Source of the DNA: a virus
Strand: one strand, 5' to 3'
Virus record (IMG/VR): IMGVR_UViG_3300034152_000478
Coordinates: 86,883-150,882 of that record
Length of the DNA stretch: 64,000 nt
Below, one piece after another: positions 1-9,923 of this stretch (position 1 is its first letter; every line of letters begins with the position of its first letter). Position numbers and translations under genes: made by a program. Under the pieces are notes generated by a model that did no database searches, had not been told where the DNA came from, and was given only the letters and a program-made list of their open reading frames with translations.

Positions 1-24
1 GTGACTCATAATACTCCTGGACTC

Positions 25-516
25 TCAAGAACGCTTTTGCCGCTTCTTCCTTCGTGTCGTATCTGAAGAAGATGATGTGCCTTGTGATTTGCTTGACTGT
101 AAATCCCATATGTTCTCCCCCTCATCATTGGGTATAGAAAAATCCTTGACTCTATCATCAAAGTTTTCCGCAAACTTTGGGTCCATTTCCGCCATTAGCT
201 CAAACTGCAAAAGCGTCATTGCACACCACAAAACAGACGACAAATGATGTTGTCCATCTGTAGCATCAAATCGATGTCCCACCTTCCATTTTTCAAGGTG
301 TCTTTGAAGTGCCGCTATAACACGACCAAACTTCATTCCTTTGCGCCAATTGTTGTCGTCGTACTTCTTGGCTCCAATGGTGTAGACTCTTGCCAGCTCA
401 TTCAGTGGCATGACTGGAATCAGGTCGTACCGCATTTTACCTTGATCGTACTTGACTCCTTCCTTCAACTTCTCCTTGCTCATTCTACCCCCTAAATATC
501 CTCGGTTAACTGCCAT
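25..516 (-). CDS. dATP/dGTP diphosphohydrolase-domain protein (DUF5664-like)
   Basis: KYDQGKMRYDLIP...ELARVYTIGAKKYDDNNWRKG...ALQRHL...DGQHHL signature; true start probably MSKEKL. Confidence 0.85.
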   Translation of the reverse strand: MAVNRGYLGGRMSKEKLKEGVKYDQGKMRYDLIPVMPLNELARVYTIGAKKYDDNNWRKGMKFGRVIAALQRHLEKWKVGHRFDATDGQHHLSSVLWCAMTLLQFELMAEMDPKFAENFDDRVKDFSIPNDEGENIWDLQSSKSQGTSSSSDTTRRKKRQKRS

Positions 517-1478
517 TGATTTCTGCGCAAGCTGTATATGGGGATCTCTCCAATGTCGTTATACCTTGTACTCCATCTCATGCGCAGAACATTGTATTCA
601 TGATCGCGTAAAAGTTTGGCGGCCTTTCTTGCGCCACTTTCTCCTGCTTTATCGTTGTCGTATGCTATAATCACATTCTCTATCTTAAGATTGCCAAGCA
701 GCAATATCTGCTCCTGAGAAATGCTACTTCCCAATGTGGCCATGCTGTGGTGTATGTTGGCCGACTCAAAGCGCAAAACATCCAGCGGTCCTTCTACCAG
801 TATAATAGCGCCCTTTTTGGGTTTGACCGCATGTATGTTATACAGGTTGACATTAGACTTGAACCCGATTGGTAGGTGTAGCCACTTAGGTCCGCTATCG
901 CTTTCGATTACTTTACGCGCACTGAGACCGACTACCCTGCCATGGATATCGAATATCGGGACGCTGAATCGATGCAAGCCTGCTACGCTGTGTGTGCCCA
1001 CCAGATATTTTTGTTGTACATGTGCCGGTATGCCGCGAGAAGTTGCATACGAACTAAACATAACCTTCTGGGGGTCCATATCCAGCTTCTTTTGTGAGTT
1101 GTGTGTAGTCCGTTTGTAATTACGACGCATCTCTTGGCGTCTTTCGATTGCTACGTCTTTATTAGCTTCGACTATTTGATTAGCTATCTCACGAGCCTCT
1201 TCTCTTGTGCAATCCTCCATGGCCATAATGAAGGCCAATGCATCGTTACCATGAACATCATGACATCGATGAGAGAAACAATGCCACGTCAAGAATTGGC
1301 AACTCCACACAAATGCTGTCTTATTATCTCCTTTGTGCACTGGGCATGGGAGTCTAAGCTGCTGATCATCCCAGCGAAATGCATCGCCAGGACCATAACC
1401 ATAATATTGCAAAACTTCTGGGAAAAGCAACCCAATGCGCTTGTAGGCTTTAGGGCTGAGTGTCTTCTTGGTCGTCAT
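492..1478 (-). CDS. dnaG: DNA primase (CHC2 zinc finger + TOPRIM)
   Basis: CPVH...WHCFSHRC zinc finger; ILVEGPLD and YDNDKAG TOPRIM motifs; adjacent to helicase. Confidence 0.92.
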   Translation of the reverse strand: MTTKKTLSPKAYKRIGLLFPEVLQYYGYGPGDAFRWDDQQLRLPCPVHKGDNKTAFVWSCQFLTWHCFSHRCHDVHGNDALAFIMAMEDCTREEAREIANQIVEANKDVAIERRQEMRRNYKRTTHNSQKKLDMDPQKVMFSSYATSRGIPAHVQQKYLVGTHSVAGLHRFSVPIFDIHGRVVGLSARKVIESDSGPKWLHLPIGFKSNVNLYNIHAVKPKKGAIILVEGPLDVLRFESANIHHSMATLGSSISQEQILLLGNLKIENVIIAYDNDKAGESGARKAAKLLRDHEYNVLRMRWSTRYNDIGEIPIYSLRRNQWQLTEDI

Positions 1479-2820
1479 CGCTAAGTAATCTCCATACTCC
1501 CATGTCTCTGAAGTGTCCGCACGATTTGTCTGCTTCTACACTGACATATGAATTTGAACCAGCGCCCGCTCCATAGCGCGACTTTTCCACTACAAACATA
1601 TGATTTCCCTGATCTCTACCAAGATTCATTTCTTCTGGAGTTTTCATCAGGAATTTTACGGCAGCATCAGCCGGGTGTGTAATGCGATCGGTAATAGCGA
1701 AATCCATTTCTCGATTGAGCTGGCCGGTGACGATCATTGCAATGTTATACTTGGCAGCCAGATTGTGCAGTGCGTCTGCCTGTTTGCCAGCCGCCTCATA
1801 TTCCTTGGTTCCTCTCTCACTGTGTATTGCTTTGAAGTAGTCGTAGATAACCAGACTTCTTTTGTATTTGCCATCGTCATCAAAGCCAACTTCTTTGTTA
1901 ATAAAGCGGTGCACCAATCCAGTGATTTGCTCCACAGGCATATTACCGACGTAAGTCCAAAACAAAGGCAGCTTGGCCAGTTGCTCTTGTGCTTTCTTAT
2001 ATTTCCTGACTGAACTCTCTACGCGCTGCCAACGACCAGTTTCCAAATCTTCGAATCTGAGCTGAGTCATGGTGGCTATCATGCGTATTGTCTGTACTTC
2101 GTGAGGCAATTCTGTATCCAGATATAATACCGGAATACCTTTCATGGCATTATGGATAGCGGCGAACATGGACAGCAGGGATTTGCCAACGCCTGTACGC
2201 GCCCCCAGAAGCGTCACAGTGCCTCCTCGACAACCCCCACCCAAGAGCTTATCCAGGGAGGGGAAGCCCGTTGAGAGCCCTCTGACGGGCTCTGAAGCCA
2301 TGAGAGCCAGTACGTCTTCAACACACTGCCCCAGGTTGTACATAGTGTCGTCTTTGACTTTGCGGGAAACAAAGTCGTATATCATCTTCTCAACAGCATA
2401 CACCGAGGCCAGAGCGGTCGGGGCTTCTACCATGGCAGTTTTGGCTTTGCCGATAATATGGAGCAGCTCCCTCTTAAATGAATAATTCTTAATAATCCCA
2501 GCATAGACCAGGACATTCTCCTCATCCACTTCTTCCTTGCTCAGTTCAGTTGCAAGATTGATCGCGCTATTAGCGCCGACGCTTTTAGCATCCAGGTCGA
2601 AGCCGAGTTCTTGGCCTTTGGCTACCACACTGAGAGGTTCAACCTTGTGGTTGTTGTAGTGCAACTCTTTGATGATCTGGTAGATATCGCTATGGCACCC
2701 CGCATGGAAATCAGAATAATCCAAATAGATATTGTCTATCTCCGCGATTAACTCAGGATGCTGGATGAGAATAGCCAAAAGAGCATGCTCTACGCCAGTG
2801 TCGTGCAGGTCTTTCTTCAT
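1450..2820 (-). CDS. dnaB: Replicative DnaB-like helicase
   Basis: N-terminal DnaB domain (EHALLAILI), STGFPSLD, Walker A GARTGVGKS, IYDY, QLNRE, KSRYG. Confidence 0.93.
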   Translation of the reverse strand: MKKDLHDTGVEHALLAILIQHPELIAEIDNIYLDYSDFHAGCHSDIYQIIKELHYNNHKVEPLSVVAKGQELGFDLDAKSVGANSAINLATELSKEEVDEENVLVYAGIIKNYSFKRELLHIIGKAKTAMVEAPTALASVYAVEKMIYDFVSRKVKDDTMYNLGQCVEDVLALMASEPVRGLSTGFPSLDKLLGGGCRGGTVTLLGARTGVGKSLLSMFAAIHNAMKGIPVLYLDTELPHEVQTIRMIATMTQLRFEDLETGRWQRVESSVRKYKKAQEQLAKLPLFWTYVGNMPVEQITGLVHRFINKEVGFDDDGKYKRSLVIYDYFKAIHSERGTKEYEAAGKQADALHNLAAKYNIAMIVTGQLNREMDFAITDRITHPADAAVKFLMKTPEEMNLGRDQGNHMFVVEKSRYGAGAGSNSYVSVEADKSCGHFRDMGVWRLLSDDDQEDTQP

Positions 2821-3290
2821 CGGCGTTCACCTACCCTACGCTTTAGAATATCGCGCAGAATGCTGGCATGCATATTGATTGATACAGGCAAGCCCTCAAT
2901 GCGTTCAGCCTTCATTTGATATTCTTCCACCTTCTCTCGTAGGCCATTTAGCTCTTGATCTTTTTGACAGGCTACCAGAGCCCTCTCCTCTTTGCTTCTT
3001 CCTTCAATTTTGTGCGCCACAAACACCTTGGCCAGTCTGTCATTATATAGCATGTTGAAGTACTTGTAGCGTGACCTTGCCTTGTTGTACTCGTTTGTGA
3101 GGAACATTGAATAGCGAGACAGAACTAAAATAGCCTCTTCAAGTTCTGCAAGATCGATTGTTAGATAGGTCTTCTCCTCTCTGGCCATTATCTGATGTAC
3201 GTAAGTCGGATCGCCAGACACATAAACCAACGTGCGCTTAGTCCACGTCTTCAGTTCTTCACCTATTCGCTCAGACATCGAAACCTCCAC
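2817..3290 (-). CDS. Helical protein, possibly UvsY-like recombination mediator
   Basis: Coiled-coil character, size, and position between RecA and helicase. Confidence 0.35.
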   Translation of the reverse strand: MEVSMSERIGEELKTWTKRTLVYVSGDPTYVHQIMAREEKTYLTIDLAELEEAILVLSRYSMFLTNEYNKARSRYKYFNMLYNDRLAKVFVAHKIEGRSKEERALVACQKDQELNGLREKVEEYQMKAERIEGLPVSINMHASILRDILKRRVGERR

Positions 3291-3678
3291 GAATTAATCC
3301 TATCACTGATGATACGTCACGCGCCTCTGCATCCTTGATCCGTATAAGCGTAAAATCATTAAGCTCACACAGGCTTTCTTTCTTGCCATCGTTGCGCTTG
3401 TATCTTCCAAAGATTGCAGCATTCTTGTGAAAGTGCTCTACGAATTCATCATGCTGCCTGCCATCCACTTCTATCGCAATATTCAACAGTGGTATTAGAA
3501 AGTCGAAATACACACCGTCGATGTAAACCTCTGCATATATGTCCACACACGGGAACAGTTGCTGCAGGGCTTTCAGTGTCAGCCGCTGCGGACGAGACAT
3601 ATTGATAGCGCGTCCAGTCTCTGCCGCTTTCACCAGGCTGATATTAACTAATCTCCCGCAAGTATCCTTAAACTTCAA
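3271..3678 (-). CDS. DUF559/Vsr-like endonuclease
   Basis: FDFLIPLLNIAIEVDGRQH...D..KE..C...FTLIRI motif. Confidence 0.8.
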   Translation of the reverse strand: MKFKDTCGRLVNISLVKAAETGRAINMSRPQRLTLKALQQLFPCVDIYAEVYIDGVYFDFLIPLLNIAIEVDGRQHDEFVEHFHKNAAIFGRYKRNDGKKESLCELNDFTLIRIKDAEARDVSSVIGLIRGGFDV

Positions 3679-4669
3679 GATGCTCTTTCAGGTCTTTCAT
3701 AAACTGCTGATAAAGCTCTGCGTCTTGATACAGAGCATTAACAAACCTGGCTTCACCTTGGAACTTTTGGTCGGCATATTCATACCAGGCTCCCTTGGTT
3801 TTTACCAGGTTAAACTGCATAGCAAGATGCATCGCATCCCAACGACCATCAATACCACGTCCGTATATCAACGGAATTTCTGTCTCTTGAAACGGGGCTG
3901 CGTATCCTGTCTTCATTGTCTTTACGCGAATATAATGACCAACAGGCTTTCCACCTCCGCTTCCCTTGATTATCGTTCCACGTTTGAATCTGATTATATT
4001 ATCAGAATAGAATTTGATTGCCTCACCACCGGGGGCGCTTTCCGGGTCTCCATAGCTGACCATTTTCATGCGTATTTGATTCATGAGAATCAAAGCAACG
4101 TTGTTCTCCTCTAAGAATCCAGCTATCTTAGGCAGAAAGGTGCTGAACAGTTTTGGTATAGGTGCATAGAAATCTTTCTCTGTGCTTTCTTTTAGCTGTG
4201 CTGAACTAATACAAGCAGGAATTGAGTCAAGGACCACAATGCTATTTGGCGACTGCTTGACGATAATCTCAATCACATCGGCTGCTTGTTGTCCGTGCTC
4301 CGGGCGAAACACTTTCCCTTCCAGCTTGCTCACATCCAGGCCGTGTATCGTCTCCAGCAATGATCGTCTCAGCCTACGCTCTTGATCAACATAATAGCCG
4401 ACTATTCCTTTCTGTTGACCCTGTGCAATAATACTGAGGCCCATTGAGGTTTTACCTGCACCATGGCTACCGAATATCTGAGTCACCCCAGGTGCTATGC
4501 CGCCACCTATAATATGGTCCAGAGAAACACTCCCCGTGCTCACCATAAACGATGGCGCAAGAGCCTCAATCGAACGAGCAATGCGCTCGCCGCACTTTTG
4601 CTTTACCAGGTCTACGACAGCGATTGCTTCATCAATCTCGTCAGGCGTCTTCTTCCTTCGTCCCATCAC
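3668..4669 (-). CDS. recA: RecA/UvsX recombinase
   Basis: STGSVSLD, GSHGAGKT, VVLDSIPA, NQIRMK, PGGEAIKFYS, KGAWYEY, KFQG. Confidence 0.95.
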   Translation of the reverse strand: MMGRRKKTPDEIDEAIAVVDLVKQKCGERIARSIEALAPSFMVSTGSVSLDHIIGGGIAPGVTQIFGSHGAGKTSMGLSIIAQGQQKGIVGYYVDQERRLRRSLLETIHGLDVSKLEGKVFRPEHGQQAADVIEIIVKQSPNSIVVLDSIPACISSAQLKESTEKDFYAPIPKLFSTFLPKIAGFLEENNVALILMNQIRMKMVSYGDPESAPGGEAIKFYSDNIIRFKRGTIIKGSGGGKPVGHYIRVKTMKTGYAAPFQETEIPLIYGRGIDGRWDAMHLAMQFNLVKTKGAWYEYADQKFQGEARFVNALYQDAELYQQFMKDLKEHLEV

Positions 4670-5195
4670 CTTCTCCTAAGTGCTGTGTAGCTTGGAAGAC
4701 ATTGGCTGGCTTCTGCTTCGTAGTAAGCTCTATCAGGGCTTCTTCAGCGAACGTATCTCCATTCGCATTTTCTTCTTCTGCGTTTACCAGCACTTGTTCA
4801 ACTTCTTCTTCTTTGATTAGGCACTTGTATTGCTTCAATACTGGGATAATAAGTTGGAATGCAGTAATTCCTGGCTTACGTTTTATCATCCCAAACATCA
4901 TTTTCTTGATTGCCAAAAACTCATTGCGCAGACGCGACACTTTGGCCTTCTTTGTCCAGAAGTACGGCGGCACATTCTTAAATCCGTAGCGCTGCACTAT
5001 TATCCATTCCGCAATAGCATCCATAAGATACCATTCACGTTTGGGGGTTGTAATAGACCGCAGCTTTAGAGTTGTTCCGTCGCCAACTTGATTTTTAGGA
5101 GGTTCCCATCTTGGTCGCTTTGATCCCGATTTCACTTTCATAAAAAGGCTCTGCTCCTCTCTTGACTTCATTCTGTAGGAAGTGTCCATCATCAC
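4641..5195 (-). CDS. Hypothetical protein
   Basis: ORF tiled in operon; start uncertain. Confidence 0.55.
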   Translation of the reverse strand: MMMDTSYRMKSREEQSLFMKVKSGSKRPRWEPPKNQVGDGTTLKLRSITTPKREWYLMDAIAEWIIVQRYGFKNVPPYFWTKKAKVSRLRNEFLAIKKMMFGMIKRKPGITAFQLIIPVLKQYKCLIKEEEVEQVLVNAEEENANGDTFAEEALIELTTKQKPANVFQATQHLGEGDGTKEEDA

Positions 5196-5514
5196 TAAAC
5201 CAAGTGCAATATGTTTTCGTCACGCCTTTTGGATGCCTGGCAGTCACCCCATAGCATTTGCGCATAGTCTGCTTGCCGGTTCTGAGTGAAGCTGCCACAT
5301 CATAAAAGACAAAGAAGTAGCATTGATTGTTTCGCTTGATTTGATGCGCTTCTCCATCTTGGGAATAGACTGTCATTTTACTAACAGTCAGGCCATGCTC
5401 TATGCAGTAATCACGCAACTCACGCCATGCGCTGATCTTGTTTTTCTCATAATGGACGCTGCCATCTGAAAGCGTGGTCTCAAAATGCACCGCTGGTACG
5501 CTGATGCTTGCCAT
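5095..5514 (-). CDS. Hypothetical protein
   Basis: ORF with GGGGAA RBS, tiled in operon. Confidence 0.6.
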   Translation of the reverse strand: MASISVPAVHFETTLSDGSVHYEKNKISAWRELRDYCIEHGLTVSKMTVYSQDGEAHQIKRNNQCYFFVFYDVAASLRTGKQTMRKCYGVTARHPKGVTKTYCTWFSDDGHFLQNEVKRGAEPFYESEIGIKATKMGTS

Positions 5515-5528
5515 ATATTCCCCCGTTG

Positions 5529-6209
5529 CTACTCAGTCTTTTTCCTGTATGCCAGGATAATCTCCCTTACTAATCCTGCTCGCATAATATCATCTTCTGT
5601 GAACTCTACGACGCCTACTTCTCTCAGATTACGCAGGCGATCTAATGCATCTGCCATACCATTGATGTGTTTACGAATGTCCGATTGATCAAGGTCTCCG
5701 CAGATTATTATCTTCGATCGATCATCCATTCTGGTTAATACACATTGCATCTGACTTGGCTGTGTATTTTGTGCTTCATCGACAATAACAAACGCGTTGC
5801 GGAATGTGACACCCCTCATGAAAGCGAGAGGCATGACATGGATGATGTCTTTGTTGATTAGCTCTTCGACTACTTCCTTAGGTAGCAATTGACAGAAGTT
5901 GTCATAGATCGGCCACATGTATGGGCTAATTTTCTCGGCGACATCTCCTGGTAGGCTCCCTAACTTTTCACCTGCGCATTCAACAGCAGGGCGAGTTACG
6001 ATGATCTGTTTGACGCCACCCTTGCCGTTTTTCAGAAAGTAGTAATCAAGCGCTTTACAAACTGCCAGAAAGGTCTTCCCCGTTCCAGCAGGCCCAAGTC
6101 CGAACACAATTCTATTCTTGTCTATTTCCTCCAGGTATGTTTGCTGTGTTTTTGTTCTCGCGTCATATTCATAGTTCGGTCTCTTTGGGGCCGACTTTTT
6201 TTTGCTCAT
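5529..6209 (-). CDS. phoH: PhoH-family ATPase
   Basis: GPAGTGKT, VTRPAVE, LPGD, AFMRGVTF, DEAQN, GDLDQSD. Confidence 0.95.
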   Translation of the reverse strand: MSKKKSAPKRPNYEYDARTKTQQTYLEEIDKNRIVFGLGPAGTGKTFLAVCKALDYYFLKNGKGGVKQIIVTRPAVECAGEKLGSLPGDVAEKISPYMWPIYDNFCQLLPKEVVEELINKDIIHVMPLAFMRGVTFRNAFVIVDEAQNTQPSQMQCVLTRMDDRSKIIICGDLDQSDIRKHINGMADALDRLRNLREVGVVEFTEDDIMRAGLVREIILAYRKKTE

Positions 6210-6272
6210 GCACGTACCTTCAGAATAGTACCCAATTCATGAACAGTAAACAACGAAAACAGCTTGCTTAGA

Positions 6273-6560
6273 TTAGATATCTTCTCGATATGTCTTAGTT
6301 ACGTTGTCTTTGTCCAGTGTCGACGCGCCCACTCGTGGGTACGTTGCTGTCACTTCGCGGCCATCCAGTTCGACGGTGTGATCATGTTCATTCTCATTCC
6401 ACACAACACCACTGGTTGGTAAAGCATCCGCTGGCCACTGCCCTGTTGGTTCAGGATCATATCCGTAGTCTTCGTCCTTGCTATGCACAGTCACATAGGC
6501 TGGCGTAGACACAGGATATTTGTAACTATTGTAGTCTCTACTTACCCATATCTGAGGCAT
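6273..6560 (-). CDS. Hypothetical acidic protein
   Basis: ORF with AGGAG RBS. Confidence 0.6.
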   Translation of the reverse strand: MPQIWVSRDYNSYKYPVSTPAYVTVHSKDEDYGYDPEPTGQWPADALPTSGVVWNENEHDHTVELDGREVTATYPRVGASTLDKDNVTKTYREDI

Positions 6561-6563
6561 TGT

Positions 6564-7064
6564 TCACTCCTTTGTCGTTGGTAGAGAGTTCCAAAAATCT
6601 TGAGTTTCTGCATAAATCTTGACGGCCTCCTTCAACTGTTCTGGGTTTCCACGGATAGCGTTGGGTTTTATAACAGCTTGGACCCAGATGTGAAGGTCTT
6701 CATCTTTAAGTACGTCATCTGCGAAGTATGCTACTACTGGTTTTCCACAGTAATGAGCAAAGGCAATCTCGGTTGACGTACCAAATCCAGTATGCTGATT
6801 CAATATTGCTAATAGCAAATCACAATCAGCGACCGCCCTAAGGTCTTGGCAGAGAACAGTTTTCGCCAACTCCTCCCAATCGTCATCGTAGCGTTTAGCC
6901 TCACTCAGGCTTTTGTATTGGCTGTTAATATCGAAGTCGCAGGGGTCTATTAGCTTTACTGGCAAGTCTGATAATACAGCCTTCACATTCTCCCTAATCG
7001 ACCTACCTCCATCCGGCGACTTCTCAATCGCACCGGCCAGGTAGACTTTAATCATATCGTTCAC
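6564..7064 (-). CDS. Nucleoside 2-deoxyribosyltransferase-like / nucleotide N-glycosidase
   Basis: VYLAGAI...QDLRAVADCDLLLA...GTSTEIAFA. Confidence 0.85.
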   Translation of the reverse strand: MNDMIKVYLAGAIEKSPDGGRSIRENVKAVLSDLPVKLIDPCDFDINSQYKSLSEAKRYDDDWEELAKTVLCQDLRAVADCDLLLAILNQHTGFGTSTEIAFAHYCGKPVVAYFADDVLKDEDLHIWVQAVIKPNAIRGNPEQLKEAVKIYAETQDFWNSLPTTKE

Positions 7065-7734
7065 ACTCCCTCAAATGTGGTCTAATGAATCCTCCGCAAA
7101 TTTCTATTAAGCCATGCTGCCAGTCAGGCATTGCCACATAGTCCTGGACCATCTTGCACAAGCAGCCACTCTCAGCCGCTGTAATCACCTTCTTGTTGCC
7201 GAGTGTCCTGTGTTTAATGGCAAGACGATGGCTGTGCCCTTGGACAGTAGAGACGCCGTAGCGACCCAAATTGTAGCTGCATGTGCTTTGCCCATACTTG
7301 ACACCATGGAAAACGAGTACATCCTGCTCATGGTAATACTCGCCATCTGCCACGATCTCCCAGTTCTTAGGGACTCTTAATAGTTCAGCGAAGGTGAATT
7401 CCATAAGGTCGGCAAATTCTGGGGCATTGCGCCATAGGTATTTCTGCAATCGCCGCTCGTGATTACCTTCCAAATAGACCACCTGGCAATGCTTGAGCCG
7501 CTTGGCGAACATGGCTATAAAATCCCTGGCTTTTGCTATCTCTTCCTTAAAAAGCACCCGCTTGCTGGGATGTTTAAGAAACCTACTAATAGCATTGAAA
7601 TCAACCAGGTCTCCAAGAAGTATTACCTTATAGGGACGCAATCTTGCCACAGTACGCAACGCCCACTCAACTGCTGCTGGGTCGTGGTCTGGGCAATGGG
7701 CATCACCCAGAACAATAGCTCTCTTGTTTGACAT
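7048..7734 (-). CDS. Calcineurin-like metallophosphoesterase
   Basis: GDAH, GDLVD, GNHE, FHG, GHSH motifs. Confidence 0.9.
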   Translation of the reverse strand: MSNKRAIVLGDAHCPDHDPAAVEWALRTVARLRPYKVILLGDLVDFNAISRFLKHPSKRVLFKEEIAKARDFIAMFAKRLKHCQVVYLEGNHERRLQKYLWRNAPEFADLMEFTFAELLRVPKNWEIVADGEYYHEQDVLVFHGVKYGQSTCSYNLGRYGVSTVQGHSHRLAIKHRTLGNKKVITAAESGCLCKMVQDYVAMPDWQHGLIEICGGFIRPHLRECERYD

Positions 7735-7748
7735 GTAGTGAACCTCTG

Positions 7749-8045
7749 TTAGTCTTGACCTTTTTCAATCGTCTTCACATCATCACGTCGTTTTACTGCG
7801 ATGTGAAACTTCTTGTTAGGCTTCATCTGGTCAGGCATTGGGCCAACATTCGGGTCCCATGTATCATTCCCCAGCTCTTCCTGGGTAGGCTTTTGGGGCT
7901 CTGCCTTATCTCCAGCAATCAGGGTCAAAATCGATCGCAATTCAGCTACTTCCTCTCTTAGGGTTGCTACTTCTTCTTCCAGTTCATCTAACTTTTTTAG
8001 TCTCTTTTGCACTGCGGTTGCACTGATAATGTTCCTCTTAGCCAT
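7749..8045 (-). CDS. Hypothetical coiled-coil protein
   Basis: ORF with GGAGG RBS, heptad pattern. Confidence 0.55.
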   Translation of the reverse strand: MAKRNIISATAVQKRLKKLDELEEEVATLREEVAELRSILTLIAGDKAEPQKPTQEELGNDTWDPNVGPMPDQMKPNKKFHIAVKRRDDVKTIEKGQD

Positions 8046-8875
8046 TAAGTTCCTCCGAGAATCTTCTTTCCTAACTCAACTTGCTTAAGCTCTTTAATTA
8101 TCGATGTTACAGGAATTACGCCTGCAACAAAATATCCTGGGTCCCATGTGATAACTGCGAGACCGATTAGTTTGCCAGTCTTCTTGTCGTATACTCCAGC
8201 TCCAGACACCCCACCAACCAAATCCATAGTGATCAATATGGTGTCTATATACTTTCCTATATGGCTGTCTTGATGTCGACAATTAAACCGGGCAACATTG
8301 CCTGACAAATATACTGGTGGGAGACCATAAGGACAACCAATACAGAATGTCTCTTCTCCCACTCTTATATTATCAAACTCTTTTACTGTAGCCAACTCAA
8401 TAGTCGGCATATTAAGCAAGAGCTTGGTTGGTTTCTTGACTGACAATTTCAGTATTGCCAGGTCGTTTTGCTCAAATCTCAGCCAGCCTTGACATTTGTA
8501 GTCTTCATGGCCCGTTCTTCTATCGCTTCGATCATACTGCCAGCAACACAGCTTCATTTCGACATTGCGAATATGTCTGTATTTCCCTACTTTGACTAAG
8601 CCCAGATCAACTACATCCTTCTGGCGTGTAATATGATCCGCCGTTAGGAAGTATAAGACTAATACCCCGTCTTTCGTAGTCTCTTTGTAAATACACGTTG
8701 CTGTACCACAATTGCCGGTTTGTATGTTGGTGGCCTTAACGACAGCTTGTAATACGAGCTGTGAATGTGGTCGAAAGTTAGGTTTCTGAGTTGTTACCTG
8801 CGGACATTCCTGACAACAGGACATAAGTAATAGAACCGGCACCACCAATCCAATGGCCAGGTGCTTGGCTATCAT
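8045..8875 (-). CDS. Trypsin-like serine protease, probable lipoprotein
   Basis: Signal peptide with LLLMSC lipobox; LTADH, DLAIL, GVSGAGV catalytic triad motifs. Confidence 0.85.
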   Translation of the reverse strand: MIAKHLAIGLVVPVLLLMSCCQECPQVTTQKPNFRPHSQLVLQAVVKATNIQTGNCGTATCIYKETTKDGVLVLYFLTADHITRQKDVVDLGLVKVGKYRHIRNVEMKLCCWQYDRSDRRTGHEDYKCQGWLRFEQNDLAILKLSVKKPTKLLLNMPTIELATVKEFDNIRVGEETFCIGCPYGLPPVYLSGNVARFNCRHQDSHIGKYIDTILITMDLVGGVSGAGVYDKKTGKLIGLAVITWDPGYFVAGVIPVTSIIKELKQVELGKKILGGT

Positions 8876-9135
8876 TTAACTTCCTTTCGATAGGGACATT
8901 GTCGCACGTCACTAACTTTCCATGCGTTGTTTTTAGTGTACATGACATAGCAGGCGTGCTTTTTGTACGTACATTCATAGCCTTGATCGAAGCAGTGTTT
9001 CGGGCTATCTTTTAGCACCGCTCGTACTAAGTCTACGAGGGTGTGTAATAGCCCTATGTCTTCTGGATTAAGATGATTCTTGCGCTTCAAGAACAAGCGC
9101 AACAGATTGATCGCTACTGGTAACCACTGATGCAT
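8872..9135 (-). CDS. Hypothetical protein
   Basis: Overlapping ORF in operon. Confidence 0.5.
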   Translation of the reverse strand: MHQWLPVAINLLRLFLKRKNHLNPEDIGLLHTLVDLVRAVLKDSPKHCFDQGYECTYKKHACYVMYTKNNAWKVSDVRQCPYRKEVK

Positions 9136-9574
9136 CTTCCAGCCCTCCGAGAATCCAATCGCAACCTTCGATTATACCCTGGAAGAATGCCCTGATAAGA
9201 ATGACAGCCTCTGGGCTGAGTACGTCATCATCAAGAACCTTGTAACCGATAAGAATGTCAAATGCATCCTTTAGAAATGGTCTCAAAAACGGCGGGACTT
9301 TCGCAAACAGTAGATTCGCCGTCGAAGGATTCAACACAACTTCCTCGTTGTCTAAGAACGCGAGGACATTAGTGGAGATATCATCCTTCAGTAATCTGGC
9401 GATCCTCTGGCGGTCTTCCTCGCTGTCGAGCAATTCTGTGATGCACGCCATCGTACCAGTTCTTGCCGCTGCTTTGACAAGGATTTTACCTTGATGAACG
9501 TTAATTTGTTCGAATAGTGCACAACTGGGCAACAGCGCCAAGATTAATAGTAAACTGATAATACGAGTTCTCAT
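9068..9574 (-). CDS. Putative lipoprotein
   Basis: MRTRIISLLLILALLPSC signal/lipobox. Confidence 0.6.
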   Translation of the reverse strand: MRTRIISLLLILALLPSCALFEQINVHQGKILVKAAARTGTMACITELLDSEEDRQRIARLLKDDISTNVLAFLDNEEVVLNPSTANLLFAKVPPFLRPFLKDAFDILIGYKVLDDDVLSPEAVILIRAFFQGIIEGCDWILGGLEDASVVTSSDQSVALVLEAQESS

Positions 9575-9583
9575 TGTTCCCCC

Positions 9584-9922
9584 CTAAATCTGATACTGCA
9601 GCAAGGCCGCTTCCACACGAGCCTTTAATACTTCTGCTGCCATTTCGGTTAGACCAAGACGATTCATTTCATTCCTAATATATGATATTGCCTTAGCCAA
9701 CTTTTCACCGCTCTCAAGTCTCTGTGAGTGTTTGGTCTCTAATGTGCGAGCCAGTTTTTCTACAGAAGTAACTGCCGTAACCACCAGTCTATCAATCAGC
9801 TCCTCTTGGTTGATGTATTCTTCCAACTTGTACTTTTTGACAAGCTGCCTAACCACCCAACCAATAAGGGCAACCAGTACTGGAACGGCAATTTCAAGGA
9901 TAACAGGAAGTGCTCCCTCCAT
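9584..9922 (-). CDS. Putative holin (LL-H-like)
   Basis: One N-terminal TM helix then AV.SVEK...GEKLAKA...ARVEAAL pattern. Confidence 0.65.
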   Translation of the reverse strand: MEGALPVILEIAVPVLVALIGWVVRQLVKKYKLEEYINQEELIDRLVVTAVTSVEKLARTLETKHSQRLESGEKLAKAISYIRNEMNRLGLTEMAAEVLKARVEAALLQYQI

Positions 9923-9923
9923 T

